This document shows, piece by piece, positions 29,373 through 39,376 of a DNA stretch of 64,000 nt. The position numbers and the translations under genes are program-made. The notes below the pieces were generated by a model. It had not been told where the DNA came from, did no database searches, and worked only from the letters and a program-made list of their open reading frames with translations. The first letter of the stretch is position 1, and each line of letters begins with the position of its first letter. Source of the stretch: Candidatus Babeliales bacterium (lineage in GTDB: Bacteria > Babelota > Babeliae > Babelales > JANWKD01); contig CAVRJO010000001.1 in NCBI GenBank assembly GCA_963722255.1, positions 160,001 to 224,000 of the forward strand, read 5' to 3'.

Positions 29373-31260
29373 ATCGGGTAGGAGCGAGTGATTAACTCGC
29401 GTCCTCCCACACCACCGTACGTACCGTTCGGTATACGGCGGTTCATGTCGATACTTTCGCGAGCATCTCATAATATCTTTCAACAAGACTTACAAGCCCT
29501 TGCTCTCGCCAATAAGCGAGGCCGAGGGCTTTGTTTATTTGTGGAGTATTTGCCAGCCGCCAGTATTTCTTGTCTGAGAATGCTATGCGTCCTGCCCATT
29601 TTCCTTCGATTCCTAGGTCTTTTAACTTTGCAAGCTTGGTTTTCCCTAACTTCCATTGTTTCAATAAACACATTCTCAATCTTCTGCGTATCCATTCGTC
29701 AAGTTCCTGGAGCACACTCTTTGTTTCGATAATACCGAAATATCCAATCCATCCAATGAGATACTCATTGAGCTTCTTCAGTCGTTCTTTCATAGATATA
29801 CCCCAATTGCGCTTCGTTAACTCGCGAATCTTCTCCTTAAACTTTATTCTGGTTTTGGGAGCGATTCGCAGCTTTACTTGCCAGCCAAAGGTGAATGAGA
29901 ATCCTAGGAACTTTCTTCTCGATGGATAGTCTATTGCACTCTTTTGTACATTTATATTGAGCTTCAATCGTTCTTGTAGAAACTTCATTATACTTGCATA
30001 CACTCTTTGTCCCGCTCGCTTGCTTGCTACGTAGATGTTGCAGTCATCGGCGTATCGAACAAAAGAGTGTCCTCTTTGTGTAAGTTCTTTATCAAGATCA
30101 TTCAGTATGATATTTGATAGCAGGGGACTTATTGGGCCACCTTGCGGTGTCCCGTCCTCTGATCTCACATGACATCCATTGAGCATTACTCCCGATTGCA
30201 AGTATTTGCGGATAATTGCGTGTATGCGTTTATCTTCGACATGTTGTGCTATTTTCGACATCAGTATGTCGTGATTTACACGGTCAAAGAATTTCTCGAG
30301 ATCGATATCCACCACAATTTTCTTTCCGTGTTGGATATAGGTTTGGGCTTTATGCACAGCTTGCCGTGCACTTTTGCCTGGTCTAAATCCATAACTGAAT
30401 TCTGAAAATGTAGCTTCAAATATTGGTGTCAAGACTTGTTGGATTGCCTGTTGGATAAAGCGATCAAGTACCGTTGGAATTCCTAATTCACGCACTCCAC
30501 CGTCTTGTTTCGGAATTTCGACTCGACGTACGGGAGCTGGTTTATAGGTTCCGTCAAGAAGCTCTTGTTTGATGCGATTCCAATGCTCATTCAGATATGG
30601 AAGCAGTTCATTGACCTGCATATTATCCACACCCGCCGAGCCTTTGTTTCTTTCCACTCGTTTGAGTGCCTTCTTGAGATTATCGTACTCTACCACTTTC
30701 TCCATCAGTTGATTATTATGATTTGCCAAGATATGTTTGTTGATTTGTGTCATAAGTTTGCTCAGTACCTCATCAGGACCTGGTAGAATTCACTACCGCC
30801 TCTCAGTGATGGTTCGATTTTTTTTTTCGATTTTCTACTTTCATTGCATTCTCGATGTACGTATCAATCATATCTTTATCGCTCATGTTCAGGCCTTCCC
30901 GATTTTTTTTTCGGTACTATGCCATCTGCTGACTTCTGTCCCTCAACCTCTATTTTCACAGAGGGTTGCCAACTTAGTCGGCGTGGAAACAGATCTCCCC
31001 GGGTAATTGCGCGCCCTTTCACCTCATCTACCTGCTCTATTTACTCTCGATAGTTTTGGCAACCATGGCTTTTGTCTTACTTGGCAGACTCATCCGCTAT
31101 CGCTAGCCTCGCATAGAGTTCGTATACCTCAGGCCAAGGTTTTGCTGCCGGCTTCCTTCAGATTTCACCTCGCGATGAACACCCTTGCCTTAGGCTAATG
31201 ACTTCGTTGCCTTCGTCATTCCGGACTTTCACCGGTAGGTCGCGCCCATGCCGGGCGCAC
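29373..31260 (-). mobile_element. group II intron, class IIC
   Basis: 5' GTGCGCCCGGCATGG; domain V GAACCGCCGTATACCGAACGGTACGTACGGTGG; 3' CCTACCCGAT; inserted directly after a terminator hairpin. Confidence 0.95.
29443..30753 (-). CDS. ltrA: group II intron reverse transcriptase/maturase, no endonuclease domain
   Basis: RELGIPTVLDR, GTPQGGPISPLL, RYADD, FLGF; domain X only at the C-terminus. Confidence 0.95.
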   Translation of the reverse strand: MTQINKHILANHNNQLMEKVVEYDNLKKALKRVERNKGSAGVDNMQVNELLPYLNEHWNRIKQELLDGTYKPAPVRRVEIPKQDGGVRELGIPTVLDRFIQQAIQQVLTPIFEATFSEFSYGFRPGKSARQAVHKAQTYIQHGKKIVVDIDLEKFFDRVNHDILMSKIAQHVEDKRIHAIIRKYLQSGVMLNGCHVRSEDGTPQGGPISPLLSNIILNDLDKELTQRGHSFVRYADDCNIYVASKRAGQRVYASIMKFLQERLKLNINVQKSAIDYPSRRKFLGFSFTFGWQVKLRIAPKTRIKFKEKIRELTKRNWGISMKERLKKLNEYLIGWIGYFGIIETKSVLQELDEWIRRRLRMCLLKQWKLGKTKLAKLKDLGIEGKWAGRIAFSDKKYWRLANTPQINKALGLAYWREQGLVSLVERYYEMLAKVST

Positions 31261-31261
31261 C

Positions 31262-31288
31262 AAAAAAAGGCCCACCACTGTGAGCCTT
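31262..31288 (-). terminator. intrinsic terminator, the intron target site
   Basis: Minus strand aaggctcacagtggtgggcc followed by a T-run. Confidence 0.8.
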
Positions 31289-31309
31289 CATATTTACTAT
31301 ACTGAGGTA

Positions 31310-31693
31310 TTACCAAAGACGACGATCTTTTATTCGCTGCAGTAAATCTTCAAAACGAGGTTTATAGTAGGTGTATGCACAGCAAATACCTACTAAAGCT
31401 GCCGGATACGCAACTAGTTTCGGAGTTTCTACAAAACTAGTTTTAATCCAAACGGCTGCTTTTAATGGAGCTTGGCGATCATAACGTGTACAATATAATG
31501 ACGTAGAGGCAAAAAATGTTAGGGTTGGTCCCCAGCCATTAAAGAATGACTGCGTATACTCTTGTATCGATCTGCTCAAGGTTCTTTTTGGAGCTGTTTC
31601 ATCATCATGCTGCATAGCACAAATGCTTGCACTCAGAGAAGATGCAATAAGAGCAATAACAACAAGCTTTTTAGATACTACAATAATCATGAT
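31310..31693 (-). CDS. secreted or membrane hypothetical protein
   Basis: Signal-like N-terminus after an AGGAG SD (start revised to the Met at 31693). Confidence 0.5.
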   Translation of the reverse strand: MMIIVVSKKLVVIALIASSLSASICAMQHDDETAPKRTLSRSIQEYTQSFFNGWGPTLTFFASTSLYCTRYDRQAPLKAAVWIKTSFVETPKLVAYPAALVGICCAYTYYKPRFEDLLQRIKDRRLW

Positions 31694-31756
31694 TCTACTC
31701 CTTTTAATAAAAATAGTTATAATGCTCTTGTACGGTAACTCATTGTAACAAAACAA

Positions 31757-32539
31757 TCAATCATCTCCCTTTTTTCGAGGCGATGATTTTTGATTTGGTG
31801 GAGATTTTCTCCCCTTTGAGTTCATTGCATCAGCACTATTTTTACGTTTAGTTTTCGATCGTTTTAATCCTTCTTCTTCATCTGATGAACTTGGCGATGA
31901 AACAGGCGAATGGGAAACTAATACAGGTGAAGTAGATTTTGGAAGAGGGCTTTGTCTTCTGGGTGAAGGCATTGCAATAGATCTCATTCGAAAAGAATCC
32001 GGTAATTCATTAGATGATAATGAACAAACTTCTTTAATAATATCTCGTATGGTAAAACCATCAAATTGTGGAATATGTGGTCGCATTACAAAAGGTTGTT
32101 TATGATTTTCAATTTCATTATATTCGGTTATTTTACGAGAAGTAAAAATAAATTTCCAAAGATAATTTAGATCATCATCTATTTTTTTTATATGTTTTTC
32201 AAACTCATCAACTCTAGTAGCTACATTACCTATTTCAGCTAACATCGCTGTAGTAGTTTTATTTGCATTAATCTGAGCAACTTCATCTTCCAACTGTTGG
32301 ATACGCTGTCGTGTTCGCATAAAATCATAGATAAAAAATCCACCAATTAAAACAGCAGCTGATGAATAGACAAAAGGTTTATATTCACACCACAAAGTAG
32401 TAACTATTTCTAATGGCCTACAACCGCTCAATGCAGGTTTCAAAAATAGATCCATAGGTTTTAGTGCATTAAATAAAGCGCTTGCTAACAATAGAAATAA
32501 ACACGCTCTTTTATACATACAAACCCTTTCATTCCTCAT
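31757..32539 (-). CDS. hypothetical protein with TM helix, coiled coil and a Ser/Pro/Lys-rich tail
   Basis: Composition of the ORF translation. Confidence 0.6.
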   Translation of the reverse strand: MRNERVCMYKRACLFLLLASALFNALKPMDLFLKPALSGCRPLEIVTTLWCEYKPFVYSSAAVLIGGFFIYDFMRTRQRIQQLEDEVAQINANKTTTAMLAEIGNVATRVDEFEKHIKKIDDDLNYLWKFIFTSRKITEYNEIENHKQPFVMRPHIPQFDGFTIRDIIKEVCSLSSNELPDSFRMRSIAMPSPRRQSPLPKSTSPVLVSHSPVSSPSSSDEEEGLKRSKTKRKNSADAMNSKGRKSPPNQKSSPRKKGDD

Positions 32540-32625
32540 AAACTCTAGAATTAGTATATGAATTTGGTGGCAATTAAAGTCAATATTTCTAATATTTTCT
32601 TACTTGTAATTTTATTTTCTAATAA

Positions 32626-33822
32626 TTAACAGGGCAATCTATATATTTTAAAGAGTGGAACATATGCTACGCATCGGCCCTGACAATCTAATGACTTAAG
32701 AGGAATTTTATTTTCACAACAATATATAAAATCATCCCAAGTTTCTATATCAGCAAATCGTTTTTTTAAAGAAATAGAATGTACATTTCCATAACCACGC
32801 GAATAACCTTGAGCTTCTATAATTTCATTATTTTGCAATGATGCAATAATCGCAACATAACCGGGCGCCCAAAGGATATCGCCTTCTTGAAGCTCAGAAA
32901 ATGGTACCAAAGATAATGAGTTTGCAACCGTTCGACTATTACAACAATAGTAGGACATTCCACAAATTTGTGCTGCTCGTAATATAAGCCCTGATGCATC
33001 AAATCCACTTAAAGAATGTTTGGAAGAAGTAGGACAAACCCAAGAACTTGATTCATTTCCATCATTAAACCATTTTTTCAAAACTATAGGTTCATCGGAG
33101 AAATCAATAAAACTCGTGCCGCCCCAAACAAAAGGAATCGATTTTCCTTTTGTACACCATGAATATAAAAGATTTACAAACATTTTTCTGCGCTGCTCAG
33201 GAGTAAAAAAACCGGAACTAATAGTTTTTGACGTAGGAATATGCGCTATCACGGATCTTTTATGCTTATGGTCATAGAGCATCACAGCACAATGATCATC
33301 ATCAGTTTGTTCAGAAGATAAACAAAATCGACTCCCCGCTGAATAGGTAACCTGAGTAGTATCATCAAACCAAGGTGTAATCAATGTAATAATTGATGGA
33401 TCACAACGTGTCGTTTCATTATATGCGCCGGGAAAAATAGATTGATCAATAGACAACTGATCAAGCTCCTCCTGAGTTATAATCCAATCCTTTAATGTCC
33501 ATACTGTTACCGGTTCATTAAACAATCCCATCATTGCTTTGGAACTACAATTTTGTAAAACTATTTGAACTTGATTATTTTTATAGGCAATAATCATTAC
33601 CTTCTCATTAAAAATGGCCTGATGCACTCGCAAGCATGATCCTTTGCCTTGTTCCGGAGAAACGGTAAGTGATTCATATGCTTCTCTAATGGTTTGTTTA
33701 TTGCCAAGATTAAATGGTTCTGCAACTAAATCAGCAACAGGAACACAAATATATCCGACCTGCGCTTGAAGCGATATACAAAAAAGTATGCTTCCTATAA
33801 AAATAACTGCGTTCATCCACAC
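32626..33822 (-). CDS. NlpC/P60-like exported protein with substituted catalytic residues
   Basis: IPFVWGGTS, GFDASGL (canonical DCSG), GDILWAPGYV (canonical GHV). Confidence 0.75.
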   Translation of the reverse strand: MWMNAVIFIGSILFCISLQAQVGYICVPVADLVAEPFNLGNKQTIREAYESLTVSPEQGKGSCLRVHQAIFNEKVMIIAYKNNQVQIVLQNCSSKAMMGLFNEPVTVWTLKDWIITQEELDQLSIDQSIFPGAYNETTRCDPSIITLITPWFDDTTQVTYSAGSRFCLSSEQTDDDHCAVMLYDHKHKRSVIAHIPTSKTISSGFFTPEQRRKMFVNLLYSWCTKGKSIPFVWGGTSFIDFSDEPIVLKKWFNDGNESSSWVCPTSSKHSLSGFDASGLILRAAQICGMSYYCCNSRTVANSLSLVPFSELQEGDILWAPGYVAIIASLQNNEIIEAQGYSRGYGNVHSISLKKRFADIETWDDFIYCCENKIPLKSLDCQGRCVAYVPLFKIYRLPC

Positions 33823-33922
33823 CCTTTCATCAAAGATATAAAAAAATCTTGAAATACCTTAAATAATTATAGCTAGATTATAGTATATTTTATGTAGATG
33901 CTCTGCAAAAAGGATTTCCTTT

Positions 33923-34336
33923 ATGATAATAAAAAAAAATTGTTTAAGAGCCTTATTATGCTTCATGCACGTAATTCACACTCATGACAATTCTCAGAAT
34001 TTAAGTTCATTTATTGAAACCACAACATTAGAAAATTTAAACTATCATGAATGCAAACAGGCCCGTAAAACTCAGTTAAAGAGTTGCTATAAAACACTTA
34101 CACATAAAGAACGAATACGCCTCTTTATAGAACTATCATTTGAACAAAAAGAAGAATTTTTAAAAGGAATAACTTTAGAAGAATATGAAGAGTTCCTCGA
34201 TGATTTTAATGAGTATGATTGGCACAAAGTTATTAAACAAATACCTGAAAAAGCACGACAAATTTGGCCTAAAACAGTTTATGAACAGCGTATGGCGCTT
34301 TTTGCACTTCTTAATCAAGATAAAAAAAATAAGTAA
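33923..34336 (+). CDS. hypothetical protein, paralog of 34342-34965
   Basis: Shared YE.FL....EYDW...........WPKTV.EQ block. Confidence 0.6.
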   Translation: MIIKKNCLRALLCFMHVIHTHDNSQNLSSFIETTTLENLNYHECKQARKTQLKSCYKTLTHKERIRLFIELSFEQKEEFLKGITLEEYEEFLDDFNEYDWHKVIKQIPEKARQIWPKTVYEQRMALFALLNQDKKNK

Positions 34337-34341
34337 GGGCA

Positions 34342-34965
34342 TTGCTCATGAACATATATAGTTATCTGCTATTTCTCTCTTTCCTTGCTAGCATGATCTG
34401 CTCCTTCAACGGTTCTTTAACTAAAGAGCAAGATCAAGGAAATATTTACTATAAAATAATAAATGATAATTCACAAAAAATTTATGTACAAAAACAAGAA
34501 TCAGAGTGTTGTGAAGATAGAAACAACTCTGAGTTTGTCGAGTGCATCTTTTCATTACCTGTTGAAGATCAAAAGGAAGTTTTCGGACAATTAACACCTT
34601 CAAGAAAACGAGAATATCTACGTAATTTAACGCCTGCACAGTATGAAAAATTTCTTAATGCATATAGTGAATACGATTGGAAAGTTCTGTATAATTCGCT
34701 CACTAAAGATGAACAAGCTTATTGGCCAAAAACAGTCAAAGAGCAGTTAATTGCAGTGCAATCAATAAAATTCAGAGCCGAAAAAGACAATGATCATATG
34801 AATCTGGCAATGATTGGAGTTGGCCTTTTTGTTAACCCATATCTCTATATAACATACTATGGATATGCTGCCTACATGTCATTTGTCAAAAATGAACGCA
34901 TTATTGTAGATAGAAATATAATGTGCTATTTTCAACACTATATGAAATCAACCTTTGAAATTTGA
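34342..34965 (+). CDS. hypothetical exported protein
   Basis: Signal peptide; shared block with the upstream ORF. Confidence 0.6.
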   Translation: MLMNIYSYLLFLSFLASMICSFNGSLTKEQDQGNIYYKIINDNSQKIYVQKQESECCEDRNNSEFVECIFSLPVEDQKEVFGQLTPSRKREYLRNLTPAQYEKFLNAYSEYDWKVLYNSLTKDEQAYWPKTVKEQLIAVQSIKFRAEKDNDHMNLAMIGVGLFVNPYLYITYYGYAAYMSFVKNERIIVDRNIMCYFQHYMKSTFEI

Positions 34966-35003
34966 ACGGATAGAGAAGCATAGTAAAAAAAAGAGGAGCA
35001 TGT

Positions 35004-35948
35004 ATGAAAAAAATAGTAATGTTAACTGCGCTCGCTGCAACAACAATTCTTATTCAATGCGAAAATGACAAGAATCCAAAAAAAAAGAAAGAGTACCAAC
35101 CAGTTCCACAAGGTGCTTACTTTTCAATAACGAATAATAATTCTCAGAGCTTTAATCTTGAGGAAAAAAGAAGAGAAGTGAGCGTGAGTGTACAACAGCC
35201 TCCTGTTGTCATTTCTACACAGCCGCCTCAACAACCGACTCAACAGCAGTACCACCAGCAATCAAATCCTACACACAAAGGCGCTCCCATCAATCAGCCA
35301 CCGCATACTATACAGCATGAGTATTCATACTCTCATCAGGAAACACGTGATTATTTTGTGCCATTTTATGATAAAATAAAAAAGATCCCAACACTTTTTA
35401 CTGCAAAAAACTGCCTTATTGCATTAGGTGCTGTTGCATGCAGCTATGCAGTTATCTATTTCACCTTACAGTATCATGTAAAAAATGTTAAAAAAAATAC
35501 CGGATGGGGATCTTTCCAAGAACATATACCGCCGGCTGATCTTAAAAGCATCGATCCTTTAGCATTGGCCGATGGCATTATTGAAGAAATTAAAGCTCGA
35601 TATCCATTGATAAACCCTGCAAATCTTATGCCTTCCATACTTCTTTTTAATAAAGATGTAGAACAAGAACTGGATGAACTGAACAATTTTATCGATTTTT
35701 ATACCGGAATTATCACCTATAAAGCTGCACCTCTATTTCCTAATTACGAAAAACTTTTGGTTAAGGCACAAACAAAAATTCAAAGACTTAACATAGTGCG
35801 TGATACTATAACAGAATGGATCAACATACATGTTACCCGCCTCATGCGGAATCAACCTATTCCACGACACAATGCTCATGAGGCCAATGGTGATGAAACA
35901 GGAACAATGAATGAAAAAAAATGCATTGCTTTTTTAGTACATGAATAA
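35004..35948 (+). CDS. hypothetical exported or membrane protein with a Q/P-rich linker
   Basis: GAGGAG SD, signal peptide, one internal TM helix. Confidence 0.65.
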   Translation: MKKIVMLTALAATTILIQCENDKNPKKKKEYQPVPQGAYFSITNNNSQSFNLEEKRREVSVSVQQPPVVISTQPPQQPTQQQYHQQSNPTHKGAPINQPPHTIQHEYSYSHQETRDYFVPFYDKIKKIPTLFTAKNCLIALGAVACSYAVIYFTLQYHVKNVKKNTGWGSFQEHIPPADLKSIDPLALADGIIEEIKARYPLINPANLMPSILLFNKDVEQELDELNNFIDFYTGIITYKAAPLFPNYEKLLVKAQTKIQRLNIVRDTITEWINIHVTRLMRNQPIPRHNAHEANGDETGTMNEKKCIAFLVHE

Positions 35949-36417
35949 CAAAAGCTTATGGATATTTTTGATAACTATTCAAGTATGCCCCATATCTCAT
36001 AGTGTGGGGCAACGGTCTTTTGATTTAAAACTAAAACGTAAAAAAATATCTAACTTCCAACAAGCACTTGCACATCTTTACGCACAAAAACCTCATCTTC
36101 TACAACCTCAACAACCTATCGAAACGGTAATAACCAATAGCCCCCCCTATTCCTGGAAAAAAATCTTAGCCCATTCAGTTGATCTAGTTCCTCTACTCTA
36201 TTTTTGTTATGGAACCTATGGAAATTACACAAACCATACTGAAGCACATCAACATTTTCAAGAAAGTTATTTGCATCAAACTATACTTTCTAACTTTCCT
36301 AGTTTATTTGTAAATACCCCACGACATGTCGGTTTCTTTTTGCAAGAAACCGAACTTTTGTTGCAGGCCTATTTGCTAAAGTTACTTTTAAAAATGATTG
36401 TTTTTTGTTTTGGATAA
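35941..36417 (+). CDS. hypothetical membrane protein
   Basis: Overlaps the upstream stop codon; hydrophobic segments. Confidence 0.5.
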   Translation: MNNKSLWIFLITIQVCPISHSVGQRSFDLKLKRKKISNFQQALAHLYAQKPHLLQPQQPIETVITNSPPYSWKKILAHSVDLVPLLYFCYGTYGNYTNHTEAHQHFQESYLHQTILSNFPSLFVNTPRHVGFFLQETELLLQAYLLKLLLKMIVFCFG

Positions 36418-36506
36418 TACAGATTCAATGAATTAGTATATATAAATGTTAACTCAAACAAATCCAATCTTGCTATTTGTATTATTTAATGTTATAAGTA
36501 AAAGAT

Positions 36507-36653
36507 ATGAAGATTACTATACCTACCATCAATAACTTATTCTTAGATGTTAAAGCTTATGGCCTTATCAATGCCAAAAGCCAGGATTGCGCCCTTTCTT
36601 ATAGCTATTCTTATTATTTTTATTTTATATACGAGGGGTCGCATTATGCCTAA
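36507..36653 (+). CDS. Tyr-rich attenuator leader peptide (48 aa)
   Basis: MKITIPTINNLFLDVKAYGLINAKSQDCALSYSYSYYFYFIYEGSHYA*: 6 Tyr + 2 Phe within 11 codons. Confidence 0.75.
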   Translation: MKITIPTINNLFLDVKAYGLINAKSQDCALSYSYSYYFYFIYEGSHYA

Positions 36654-36686
36654 ATTATAAGTTTTAAAAATTATAAGGCAAAGTGT

Positions 36687-36718
36687 AAAAACCCCGGAAA
36701 AAACCCCGGGGTTTTTTT
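36687..36718 (+). terminator. attenuator terminator upstream of the ABC operon
   Basis: aaaaaccccgg-aaaaaacc-ccggggttttttt located in the 5' leader. Confidence 0.85.
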
Positions 36719-36771
36719 ATTGCCAAAAATTTAAATTGTATTGTTATCGTACCTCAACAAAAGGATCTCAT

Positions 36772-37734
36772 ATGAAAAAGATAGTTTTGATTACATCAAT
36801 AATAGCAGCTGTTCCGGCATTTATTATCATGAAACGTATAAGAAAACCAAAACATGAAATAGCCTTTACTATCGGCATATTGCAAACAGCATCGCATCCG
36901 GCACTTGATGCTTCTCGTGACGGTTTTATTGAAGAGCTAAAAAATAAAATTGGCAACTCAGTTGAGTTTGTCATTCAAAATGCGCAAGGTTCTGTTGCTC
37001 AAGCTCATGCAATAGCACAACAATTTCATGCTAACAAACGGTTCATGGGATTTTTTGCAATTGCAACTCCTGCAGCTCAAGCTATGAGCACAGTTGAAAA
37101 AGAAAGGCCTATTATTATTGCAGCCGTAACTGACCCACATGCATTAGGATTAATCAATCCAACCACAAACGTTTGTGGTGTAAAAGATATGATCAATGTT
37201 AAAGCAGAAATTGAGATGCTTACACAATTAATACCTCATGCAAAAACAGTTGGCCTTATTTATACTTCAGGTGAAACAAATTCAATCGCTCTAATAAAAC
37301 AAATGCATGTAGAACTTGTAGCCAAAGGCTTAACCCCTGTTGATTTTGCAGTAAGCAATGAATCCGACATTCAAGCAGTCGTTGAGTTAGCCTGCAGAAA
37401 AACGGATGTAATTCTTGCTCCAACTGACAACACGGTTGCTTCAACTATTACGTTGATTGCAACAATAACACTCAAACATAAAAAGCCTTTAATCGTCAGT
37501 GATAATATGCTCGTTAAATTCGGTGCACTTGCCTCACGAGGAGTTGATTATAAAGCAAGCGGTAAAAAAGCAGCACAAATCGCCTATGAACTATTGAAAG
37601 GAGCTAAATTACCCTATGAATTACCGATTGAACAAGCACAAAGCGAACAAATATTCATTAATGAAAATAGTTTAAAAGCCCTTGGACTGAACATTCCGGA
37701 GTCATTAAAAGAACATATCACGTTAGTTTTGTAA
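36772..37734 (+). CDS. ABC substrate-binding protein (ABC_sub_bind; Trp/Tyr-type)
   Basis: IGILQ..SHPALD..RDGF, NAQG, AIATPAAQA, AVTDP, PTDNTV, GVDY. Confidence 0.9.
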   Translation: MKKIVLITSIIAAVPAFIIMKRIRKPKHEIAFTIGILQTASHPALDASRDGFIEELKNKIGNSVEFVIQNAQGSVAQAHAIAQQFHANKRFMGFFAIATPAAQAMSTVEKERPIIIAAVTDPHALGLINPTTNVCGVKDMINVKAEIEMLTQLIPHAKTVGLIYTSGETNSIALIKQMHVELVAKGLTPVDFAVSNESDIQAVVELACRKTDVILAPTDNTVASTITLIATITLKHKKPLIVSDNMLVKFGALASRGVDYKASGKKAAQIAYELLKGAKLPYELPIEQAQSEQIFINENSLKALGLNIPESLKEHITLVL

Positions 37735-37741
37735 GGAAAAT

Positions 37742-38587
37742 ATGATTGAACTACTACACATAGCACAAGGCATTGTTGAGCGAGGATTAATTTTCGGTGT
37801 TATTGTTGCAGCCGTTTATCTTGCTTCGCGTCTTATTAATTTTGATAATTTAGCAGTTGAAGGCGCATTCGGACTCGGCGGAGCCATAACCGCCCTCACT
37901 ATCAGTTACGGAATTAATCCTTGGATTGGACTTGTCGGAGCATCGATTGCGGGTGCTCTTTCTGGAATAGCAACAGGCTTGCTTACTACTAAATTACAAA
38001 TTAATGCGTTAATAAGCGGCATTGTTGTTACCACAGGACTATTCTCAATCACCTTAAAAATAGCCGGATCAAACATGGCATTACATGGTAACTCAACTAT
38101 TTTTACACTTTTGCCATCACTGTTTGCACCATATCAACCACTACTAGTTTTAACACTCCTCTGCGTCATACTATTTTCTCTTATCAACTGGTTTCTAAAA
38201 ACGGAAATTGGTTTCTTACTTCATGCTGTCGGAGATACGCCACAAATGCTTACTAATGTTGGTAAAAGCGTAGCCGGTTATACAATCTTAGGGTTAACAC
38301 TTTCAAATACATTAGCTGCAGTCAGTGGTGCATTATTTGTGCAGTATGCCGGTTATTTTTCAATTTGGACAAGTGTCGGTGTCTTAATTATAGGCTTAGC
38401 GGGCATGATATTAGCTCAAACATTCAGTGCAAATTTTGGGATAGCCATTGTAATCGGATCAATTGCCTACCAAGCAATTATTGCACTCACCTTTGAATTA
38501 CAAATGGATCAAGATTGGAACAAATTAATTACAGCATTACTTATTGTTCTCTTAATTGTAATTAAGCAGCAGCTCAATAAAAAATAA
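37742..38587 (+). CDS. ABC transporter permease
   Basis: GLIFG...F.NL.VEG.F.LGGA; multiple TM helices. Confidence 0.9.
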   Translation: MIELLHIAQGIVERGLIFGVIVAAVYLASRLINFDNLAVEGAFGLGGAITALTISYGINPWIGLVGASIAGALSGIATGLLTTKLQINALISGIVVTTGLFSITLKIAGSNMALHGNSTIFTLLPSLFAPYQPLLVLTLLCVILFSLINWFLKTEIGFLLHAVGDTPQMLTNVGKSVAGYTILGLTLSNTLAAVSGALFVQYAGYFSIWTSVGVLIIGLAGMILAQTFSANFGIAIVIGSIAYQAIIALTFELQMDQDWNKLITALLIVLLIVIKQQLNKK

Positions 38588-38597
38588 GGATACTACT

Positions 38598-39347
38598 ATG
38601 TTAAAACTTAAAAATATTAACATCTGGTACGGCAATAATCATATTTTACAAGATCTTTCTTGCGAGGTTCAACAAGGCGATTTTATCGTGATTGTAGGCG
38701 CCAATGGCGCAGGAAAAAGTAGTTTTTTTGACACAATTGCAGGGAAAATTAAACCAAAGTCCGGCACCATCATTCTTGATGGTTTAGATATTACACAACT
38801 AGATGAACAACAACGTGCTGGTATGATTACCCGTATTTTTCAGAATACACAACTCAATTCTGTTGGATCATTAACAGTAGAACAAAATCTTGCTATAGCT
38901 CTTTATAGCCGTAGAAACGCTCGCCTTGTTAACGGGATGCAAGCAATGCCGCGTGAACTCGCAAAGCAGCTTGTAACTAATCTCGGCATGGATCAATCTA
39001 TTTTAGAAAAACCAATGAATGCATTATCCGGAGGGCAGCGACAACTTATTGCATTTGTAATGGCCACACAACTTAGACCTAAAATACTTTTACTCGATGA
39101 GCCCACCGCAGCACTTGATCCACAGGCTTCTACAAAACTCTTACACCATGCTGTGAAATTTATTAAACAACATGCTATAACAACATTGCTTATAACGCAT
39201 GATCCACATATTGCACTGGCTCTTGGAAATAAAATTTGGGTTTTGGAAAATGGTACAATCTCCAGAGAATTTAATGCAGAGCAAAAGAAAAATTTAAATC
39301 CGGATCATCTGATTGGCCAAATTGATTATGCACAAATTGCACAATAA
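38598..39347 (+). CDS. ABC transporter ATPase
   Basis: GANGAGKS, LSGGQRQ, LLLDEPTAALDP, ITHD. Confidence 0.95.
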   Translation: MLKLKNINIWYGNNHILQDLSCEVQQGDFIVIVGANGAGKSSFFDTIAGKIKPKSGTIILDGLDITQLDEQQRAGMITRIFQNTQLNSVGSLTVEQNLAIALYSRRNARLVNGMQAMPRELAKQLVTNLGMDQSILEKPMNALSGGQRQLIAFVMATQLRPKILLLDEPTAALDPQASTKLLHHAVKFIKQHAITTLLITHDPHIALALGNKIWVLENGTISREFNAEQKKNLNPDHLIGQIDYAQIAQ

Positions 39348-39376
39348 ATAAATTTTATTGAGTGAAAATTTCTTTT

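Noticed and set aside
29443..30753. RT as a retron, DGR or defence RT
   Set aside because: It is flanked by canonical group II intron ends and domain V, with no template/variable repeat or msr-msd seen
29388..31198. Several plus-strand ORFs
   Set aside because: They are antisense to the group II intron RNA and its reverse transcriptase
36507..36718. T-box riboswitch
   Set aside because: No T-box consensus (GGTGGNACC) precedes the terminator; the leader-peptide model fits better
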